This document shows positions 58,530 through 64,000 of a stretch of DNA of 64,000 bases, piece by piece (position 1 is the stretch's first letter; the number at the start of each line of letters is the position of its first letter). The notes under the pieces were generated by a model. That model was not told where the DNA came from. It searched no databases and worked only from the letters and a program-made list of their open reading frames with translations. The translations under genes were made by a program, and so were the position numbers. Source of the DNA: a virus; the IMG/VR virus record IMGVR_UViG_3300010151_000007, positions 36,327 to 100,326 of that record. One strand, given 5' to 3'.

Positions 58530-59438
58530 ATGTCTGATAAGAAGTTCGACTACACAGAAGTAAAAGACGCAGACAACGTATTGAGAGAGATTGTATTCAT
58601 GCCATCCACTCTTGAAACAATTGATTTTGCTTTGTATCGCTATGTGGATGAAGTGTTAAATCTTCATGTGAACACCAACAAAGGTTTCAAAAAAGCAAAA
58701 GTTCTTTGGTCTTCGACCGAGCGCGGCTATCAGATTCGTCACGACCAGACTCTACGAGACTTTCAGGGAAGACTTATTCTCCCTTTGATTACGATCGAAA
58801 GAGACTCTTACGAAAAGGATCCAAGTTTCAAAGGTTCTTTCCAAGCGCATATTCCAGAGAAATCGAATGAGCCTGGAAGAAGAACGATTGTTGCATCAAG
58901 AAGGATTAAACAAGATAAAACGGCAAACTTCAACAACGCCGACTCTCAAAGGAAACGAGGTGCAGCATCCAGCCCCGCTGTCGGTCACGGTCAATTAAAC
59001 TTCCCAATCCACAAGAAAGCAGAGAAGGTTGTGTTTGAAACAATTTATCAACCACTACCAACTTGGTTAAAGATGCAATACAAGATTACGCTTCGTGCAG
59101 AATACCAGCAGCAAGCAAACACTTTATTAACGCCTTTTGTTACAATCCCTGGCCAAATCAACAACTTCTTTATCGAACACGAAGGCCACAGGTATGAAGG
59201 CTTCATCGAAGGCACGTTCAGCAATGGAAGCAACTCTTCAAACCAAGGCACAGAAGAAAGAATGTTTGAAACAACAATCAATGTTAGAGTCCTTGGGTAT
59301 CTTATGGGCGAAGGTGAGAACGGCGAGAAACCAAAGATTTCAATTGAAGAGAATTATGTGGAAGTTAAGATTCCGAGAGAACGTACAATTACGGGTGATT
59401 TGAATACCTTCATCAAGAAGGGATTTTATAGAGAATGA
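58530..59438 (+). CDS. Tail terminator/sheath stabiliser (gp15-like)
   Basis: LILPLITIER, P.P......Y.I....EY..Q.N; position before the sheath. Confidence 0.65.
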   Translation: MSDKKFDYTEVKDADNVLREIVFMPSTLETIDFALYRYVDEVLNLHVNTNKGFKKAKVLWSSTERGYQIRHDQTLRDFQGRLILPLITIERDSYEKDPSFKGSFQAHIPEKSNEPGRRTIVASRRIKQDKTANFNNADSQRKRGAASSPAVGHGQLNFPIHKKAEKVVFETIYQPLPTWLKMQYKITLRAEYQQQANTLLTPFVTIPGQINNFFIEHEGHRYEGFIEGTFSNGSNSSNQGTEERMFETTINVRVLGYLMGEGENGEKPKISIEENYVEVKIPRERTITGDLNTFIKKGFYRE

Positions 59439-59459
59439 AGGTTTTTGAAAACCTCAAAG

Positions 59460-59467
59460 ACTACTTA
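59460..59467 (+). promoter_or_regulatory. Candidate late promoter ACTACTTA
   Basis: Intergenic, 40 nt before sheath ATG 59508. Confidence 0.7.
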
Positions 59468-59507
59468 ATGTATGAGAAAGTAGTAATACGCAAGGAGTAT
59501 TTTTCGA

Positions 59508-62471
59508 ATGGCTGATAGCAGAAAGTTTAAATTTGTATCTCCGGGGATTTTCATTGATGAAATCGATCAGTCTCAAGTCCCTGTTGCTCCTGAAAATGTT
59601 GGTCCGGTAATCATCGGTCGTGCAGAGCGTGGCCCAAGTATGGTTCCGGTTAAGATCAATTCATTTTCAGAGTTTGTAGAGACGTTTGGTAACCCAATCG
59701 CAGGAAAGGGCGGCAGCGATGACGTATGGCGTGATGGTAACTTCTCTGCTCCTACTTATGGTGTCTATGCTGCCCAAGCTTATTTGAAAGCTGGTGTTGG
59801 CCCCGTGACATTCGTTCGCTTATTGGGCACCGACCACCCAGACGCTACCGCAGACGGCGCAGGCGAAGCTGGTTGGAAAACTGCCGCAACCCCTAACAAG
59901 CTTGTTGCCTCCAATGGTGGTGCTTACGGTCTATTCGTGTGGCCTTCAAGTTCAAATGGCGGTGAAATAGGTTCGCACGCCAACCCCACTGGTTCATTGG
60001 CTGCTGTATGGTATCTGGATACTGGCTCCAAGATCGAGTTAACCGGAACTGTCGACATCGACAAAACCAAGAATTCGCAGTCTGCCGGTCAATTTTATTA
60101 TTCAGACGCAAGCAAGACCTTCACTGCTGTTATTACCAAAGGCTCCGCTGTTGAAGAGAGGGTAACATTCTCTTTGGACATCAGTGCAGACAACTACATC
60201 CGTAATGTCTTCAACACTAACCCACAACTTGTGAACAGTACAATCGAAGACACAAACTTGACAAAGAGTTACTGGCTTGGCGAAACATACGAACGCACAA
60301 CTAGTGATACCATCGGTTCATCTACTGTTCAATTCGGCGCACTCGCTGCCGTAATGAGTGGTTCTGCCGCAAACCACAAAAAGAAGATGGGTTACCGTGA
60401 TGCTCACAGTGGTTGGTTCTTCTCGCAAGACGTTTCAACAGACAACTCAAGTTATAAACATGATGATATGACCAAGCTGTTCAAGTTTGTCGGTATCAAC
60501 GGTTATGGTGAATGGCTCAACAAGAATGTCAAAATTTCTGTCTCAAACGTTCGTGCATCAAACAACACTGCCGATCCATACAGCAAATTCGATATATTGA
60601 TTCGCCGCGCATCAGACTCTGACTTGAAGCCAATCATACTTGAAAGGTATTCAGGTCTTACCTTGAACCCTCTCTCACAAGATTACATTGCCACAAGGAT
60701 TGGTGATATGAGTATCGAGTGGGATAATGATGAGAATCGTTATCGTGAATTTGGCGACTTCTTGAACCGCTCTCGTTATGTTCGCGTTGTCATGAACGAC
60801 GTCGCTATCGCCCCAGCATTGGCTCCCTTTGGCGTGTATGGTCCTCCGAGATGTAAGAGTTATACCTTTGCGTCTGGCAATGCCAACATGTTCGATATCG
60901 TTGACACTCTGTCTTCCGCTACTTGGAATCAAATTTACTCTTTCACCACTACAACAGGCTCTATCCCTGGAACTGCAATTGGTCACACTAGCAATGATTT
61001 GTTCGAAGTGACTGGTAATTCCCTTGTCGGCTTCACTGGTTCGGTAAGATTCCCTGCCTCCCCTACAAGAGCCTCGGCTAGTAATGGCGGGACTACTCAC
61101 CGTAATGCGTACTTCGGTACCGATGCTGGTAGAAGTTCTGCAAATACCGATTTCGATCCTGGTTATGGCGAATACTTGAGACCCTTCAGTGATGATATCA
61201 TTTCAGACAACTCTTGGTCTGATACCTTCGGATTGGGAAGCCTTCCGAATGCTATGGAATATGGTTGGGTGTTCTCTTTGGATGATTTGAGAGTCGTTAC
61301 TGGTTCGAGCTACAGCTTCGCTACCGGACCTGCCAACAACATCAATGATGTTTACTGGATTTCGGGCTCCCGTGTTGCTGGTAGTGCATTCAACTGTTCG
61401 GGGACATGGACAGGTGCCGCATCGTGGCAAAACATCCTTAAGGCCGATTCAACAAGATTCACCTCACCTATGTGGGGTGGTTTTGATGCCTTGGACATTA
61501 AAGAAAGAGAACCTTTCCGCGATTCATTGCTGAATGGTTCCGAAAGCGAAACAGGTAATTATGCTTACTTCACTGTGAAGCGCGCTATCAACACTGTGGC
61601 CGATCCAGAGGTTGTCGAAACAAACATGATTTCAATGCCAGGGCTTACAAATGAAAGCCTTACAAAGCATTTGATTGATGTTTGTGAGGCTCGTGGCGAT
61701 GCTATAGGGGTTATCGACGCTAAGGGCGGGTTCACTCCTCGACACGATTCTAGCGATACCGCATCGAGCCGTAAGGGTGATTTAAAGACCGTTCTAGACA
61801 ACATGGACGCCCGTAATCTCAACAATAGTTATGGTGCAACCTACTATCCGTGGGTTAAGATTCGCGATGACATTAACGGCGTGTTCTTGAACACCCCTCC
61901 TTCTGTCGTTGCAATTGGCACCTTGGCACACACTGAAAAGGTTTCTGATGTATGGTTCGCTCCTGCCGGATTCCAGAGAGGTGGGTTGTCGAATGGTAAC
62001 GCTGGGTTGACGGTCGTTGGTATCGAAACCAAATTGACTTCAAAGAACCGTGATGATCTTTATGAAAGAAACATTAACCCAATCGCAAGCTTCCCGGCCC
62101 AAGGAATTGTGGTCTTCGGCCAAAAGACCCTTCAGGCTACCCCTTCTGCATTGGACAGAATCAATGTCCGCAGAATGCTTATTCACGTAAAGAGGGGGAT
62201 CTCTAGAATCGCAACTACCACACTGTTCTCACCTAATGTTCAAGCTACTTGGACAGGGTTCAAGACAAACGCTGACAACTTCCTTCAGGATGTAAAGTCT
62301 GGGTTTGGTATTGATGACTTCCGCGTTATCTTGGATGAAACAACTACAACACCAGATTTGGTGGACAGGAACATCATCTACGCTAAGGTATTCGTGAAGC
62401 CTACAAAGGCTGCCGAATTCATTGCGATTGACTTTATCATCACTCGCTCGGGTGCTTCGTTTGAAGACTGA
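59508..62471 (+). CDS. gp18: Tail sheath protein (gp18-like) with S/T/G-rich insertions
   Basis: FVSPGIFIDEIDQS, G.A.RGP, YYPWV, PPS, WFAPAG..RG, LYE..INPI, FGQKTLQ..SALDRINVRR, KPTKAAEFI. Confidence 0.97.
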   Translation: MADSRKFKFVSPGIFIDEIDQSQVPVAPENVGPVIIGRAERGPSMVPVKINSFSEFVETFGNPIAGKGGSDDVWRDGNFSAPTYGVYAAQAYLKAGVGPVTFVRLLGTDHPDATADGAGEAGWKTAATPNKLVASNGGAYGLFVWPSSSNGGEIGSHANPTGSLAAVWYLDTGSKIELTGTVDIDKTKNSQSAGQFYYSDASKTFTAVITKGSAVEERVTFSLDISADNYIRNVFNTNPQLVNSTIEDTNLTKSYWLGETYERTTSDTIGSSTVQFGALAAVMSGSAANHKKKMGYRDAHSGWFFSQDVSTDNSSYKHDDMTKLFKFVGINGYGEWLNKNVKISVSNVRASNNTADPYSKFDILIRRASDSDLKPIILERYSGLTLNPLSQDYIATRIGDMSIEWDNDENRYREFGDFLNRSRYVRVVMNDVAIAPALAPFGVYGPPRCKSYTFASGNANMFDIVDTLSSATWNQIYSFTTTTGSIPGTAIGHTSNDLFEVTGNSLVGFTGSVRFPASPTRASASNGGTTHRNAYFGTDAGRSSANTDFDPGYGEYLRPFSDDIISDNSWSDTFGLGSLPNAMEYGWVFSLDDLRVVTGSSYSFATGPANNINDVYWISGSRVAGSAFNCSGTWTGAASWQNILKADSTRFTSPMWGGFDALDIKEREPFRDSLLNGSESETGNYAYFTVKRAINTVADPEVVETNMISMPGLTNESLTKHLIDVCEARGDAIGVIDAKGGFTPRHDSSDTASSRKGDLKTVLDNMDARNLNNSYGATYYPWVKIRDDINGVFLNTPPSVVAIGTLAHTEKVSDVWFAPAGFQRGGLSNGNAGLTVVGIETKLTSKNRDDLYERNINPIASFPAQGIVVFGQKTLQATPSALDRINVRRMLIHVKRGISRIATTTLFSPNVQATWTGFKTNADNFLQDVKSGFGIDDFRVILDETTTTPDLVDRNIIYAKVFVKPTKAAEFIAIDFIITRSGASFED

Positions 62472-62496
62472 TAAAAAGGGACTTTTTGCCCCTTAG

Positions 62497-62504
62497 ACTA
62501 TTTA
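62497..62504 (+). promoter_or_regulatory. Candidate late promoter ACTATTTA
   Basis: Intergenic, 18 nt before tube ATG 62523. Confidence 0.75.
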
Positions 62505-62522
62505 ATATGGAGATAAATTAGA

Positions 62523-63083
62523 ATGCCAATTTCTGGTAATGAAAATAACTTTTGGACAAAAGCTCCAAGTAAAGACCCGAAGCGTAGTTTTCGATGGAAG
62601 GTTAATATTGGTGGTCAAACCATTTGGTATGCAAGAAAAGCTGAAAAACCAAAATTCACACTGACTGAATCTTCACACGATTTCTTGATGCACAAGTTTT
62701 ATTGGCCAGGGAAAGCTGAATGGAATGATGTTGAACTTGTTTTGGTCGATCCTGTCGAGCCGGACTTGGCGGGCAATTTGGTGCAAATCATCGCGGAAGC
62801 CGGATACAAGATCCCAGCCGGTGTCGCCTCTGCTTATACAAGTATTTCAAAAGCTTCTGCTTTGGCTGCTACTGGTGGAGACATCGTCATTCAGCAAATC
62901 GATTCGGAAGATAATGTTATAGAACAGTGGGTCTTGAAGCACGCATGGATTAGGGAAGTGACGTTTGGTGATTTGGATTATACTTCCGAAGACCTCACCG
63001 AAGTTACCATGCGTATTAGATACGACTGGGCAGAATTCAGTAACCCAGCAGCCGGCACTAACGATATCTTCAGACCTTCCTGA
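62523..63083 (+). CDS. gp19: Tail tube protein (gp19-like)
   Basis: PKRSFRW, PGKAEW, W.L..AW...V.FGDLDY, IRYDWA. Confidence 0.85.
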   Translation: MPISGNENNFWTKAPSKDPKRSFRWKVNIGGQTIWYARKAEKPKFTLTESSHDFLMHKFYWPGKAEWNDVELVLVDPVEPDLAGNLVQIIAEAGYKIPAGVASAYTSISKASALAATGGDIVIQQIDSEDNVIEQWVLKHAWIREVTFGDLDYTSEDLTEVTMRIRYDWAEFSNPAAGTNDIFRPS

Positions 63084-63096
63084 TAGGAGTTTGTAG

Positions 63097-63897
63097 GTGG
63101 CTCACAACCAAAATCCAGGCGATATAAAACGATTAGACGCTGAATCGAACTTTTGGACATCAAAACCGTCCAAAGACCCGAAGAAGCGTTTTAACTTTGT
63201 TGTAGAGATCGACGCATTCAAATTCGAAGATGAAGAAGGGTCTGGTGCAGAACAAGAAGACAGATCGAGTGATCTTAATACCCTTGGTTTAGTTTGGTAT
63301 GCTTCCTCTATCGACAAGCCCACGTTGAACATCGGTTCAGAACAGTTTGTTCAGTATGGCAAACCCATACCACTGAACGTCCCTTATTACGATGGTTGGG
63401 AACCCATCACATTAAAAATGGTTGATCCCACATATCCAAACGCTACAAGGAAGCTCTTGCGTATCATTCGCCGTTCAGGTCATGCTGATGAAATGACTCT
63501 CGATAGAGACGGAGAAGATACAAGACAATCTAACAGGATGTTCGACCCTGCCGCTTATATGAAGTTCTTTGGTGAGGTTCGTATATACCAGCTTATTGAT
63601 TCCTTTGATCACAATGATGCAAAAGATCTTGACTTGAAAGCAGGCATGCGCGTTGGCGAGGTATGGAGACTTAAAGGGGCCTTCCCAACACAGTTCGACT
63701 TTGGTTCGCTGGATTATGGTTCTGAAGAATTATTGGAAATTTCCTTGACAATCCAATTCTCTCATGTTAAAGTAGAGGTATGGAATACTGGTGAAGAAGG
63801 TGACAGTGAAAGTGGGTTTACCTACTTCCCTGATGACGATTTCCCCGCGACAGACACATGCGCCGAGGGTTCTAGCGAGTTCTCGGGCGTACAATAA
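63097..63897 (+). CDS. Second tail-tube-fold protein (gp19 paralog or tube initiator), GTG start
   Basis: NFWTSKPSKDPK, WYA...KP, W....L..VDP, W.L.GAFP..FDFG.LDY match the preceding gene. Confidence 0.75.
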   Translation: MAHNQNPGDIKRLDAESNFWTSKPSKDPKKRFNFVVEIDAFKFEDEEGSGAEQEDRSSDLNTLGLVWYASSIDKPTLNIGSEQFVQYGKPIPLNVPYYDGWEPITLKMVDPTYPNATRKLLRIIRRSGHADEMTLDRDGEDTRQSNRMFDPAAYMKFFGEVRIYQLIDSFDHNDAKDLDLKAGMRVGEVWRLKGAFPTQFDFGSLDYGSEELLEISLTIQFSHVKVEVWNTGEEGDSESGFTYFPDDDFPATDTCAEGSSEFSGVQ

Positions 63898-63907
63898 AGA
63901 GGTTTAG

Positions 63908-64000
63908 ATGAGAGATAATAGTAATAGATGGGCTCCTAACGAGGAACCTAGCGAAGCTCCTGTGCAGGCAAATGTAAGTCTTCATTATGCCGCTCCCACG
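63908..64000 (+). CDS. 5' end of the next gene (truncated by the window)
   Basis: AGAGG SD, ATG 63908, open to the end (MRDNSNRWAPNEEPSEAPVQANVSLHYAAPT). Confidence 0.6.
   Translation, partial: MRDNSNRWAPNEEPSEAPVQANVSLHYAAPT

Noticed and set aside
762-63332. All other minus-strand and nested alternative-frame ORFs in the track
   Set aside because: They overlap well-supported + strand genes and have no recognisable motifs or SD context.
6826-63897. Bacterial contractile injection system (eCIS/tailocin)
   Set aside because: Capsid, portal, terminase, protease and primase are present, so this is a phage.
1-64000. tRNA/rRNA genes, introns, inteins, homing endonucleases, integrase or transposase
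   Set aside because: Intergenic gaps are too short, I saw no cloverleaf or intein/HNH/LAGLIDADG motifs, and terminase, primase and capsid genes are uninterrupted.
1-64000. Alternative genetic code (stop-codon reassignment)
   Set aside because: Core genes are full length under the standard code, and TAA, TGA and TAG all end genes at expected positions.

Overview
This window is part of a large T4-like (contractile-tailed) bacteriophage genome. It is densely coding, essentially all real genes are on the + strand, and it uses the standard code. Gene order: (1-5066) sialic/nonulosonic-acid cluster (GNAT, GT42/Cst-like sialyltransferase, NeuB, cupin, NeuA-type cytidylyltransferase, 2OG-Fe(II) oxygenase, HAD phosphatase); small genes and a gp55-like late sigma factor (5847-6554); baseplate/tail-tip block with giant proteins (6826-37946); RuvC-like resolvase, primase and a fused Mre11-Rad50 (gp47-gp46); putative lysis cassette; then terminase, portal, prohead protease, ribosomal protein bS21, scaffold, major capsid, neck, tail terminator, sheath and two tube genes. 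Patterns not explained by the gene calls: (i) an ACTAHTTA octamer in most intergenic gaps ahead of structural genes, a candidate late promoter; (ii) strong enrichment of an [S/T]-[G/A/S]-S tripeptide in a subset of virion proteins, which together with the sugar cluster suggests a phage-encoded virion O-glycosylation system; (iii) unrelated small proteins sharing an MKI.K..L..II.EE leader, a candidate capsid-targeting signal; (iv) an uncalled 22-codon ORF behind a 13-nt anti-Shine-Dalgarno complement; (v) a diverged 90-bp duplication flanking the GNAT/sialyltransferase pair. All functional calls come from motif recognition by eye. No database searches were run.
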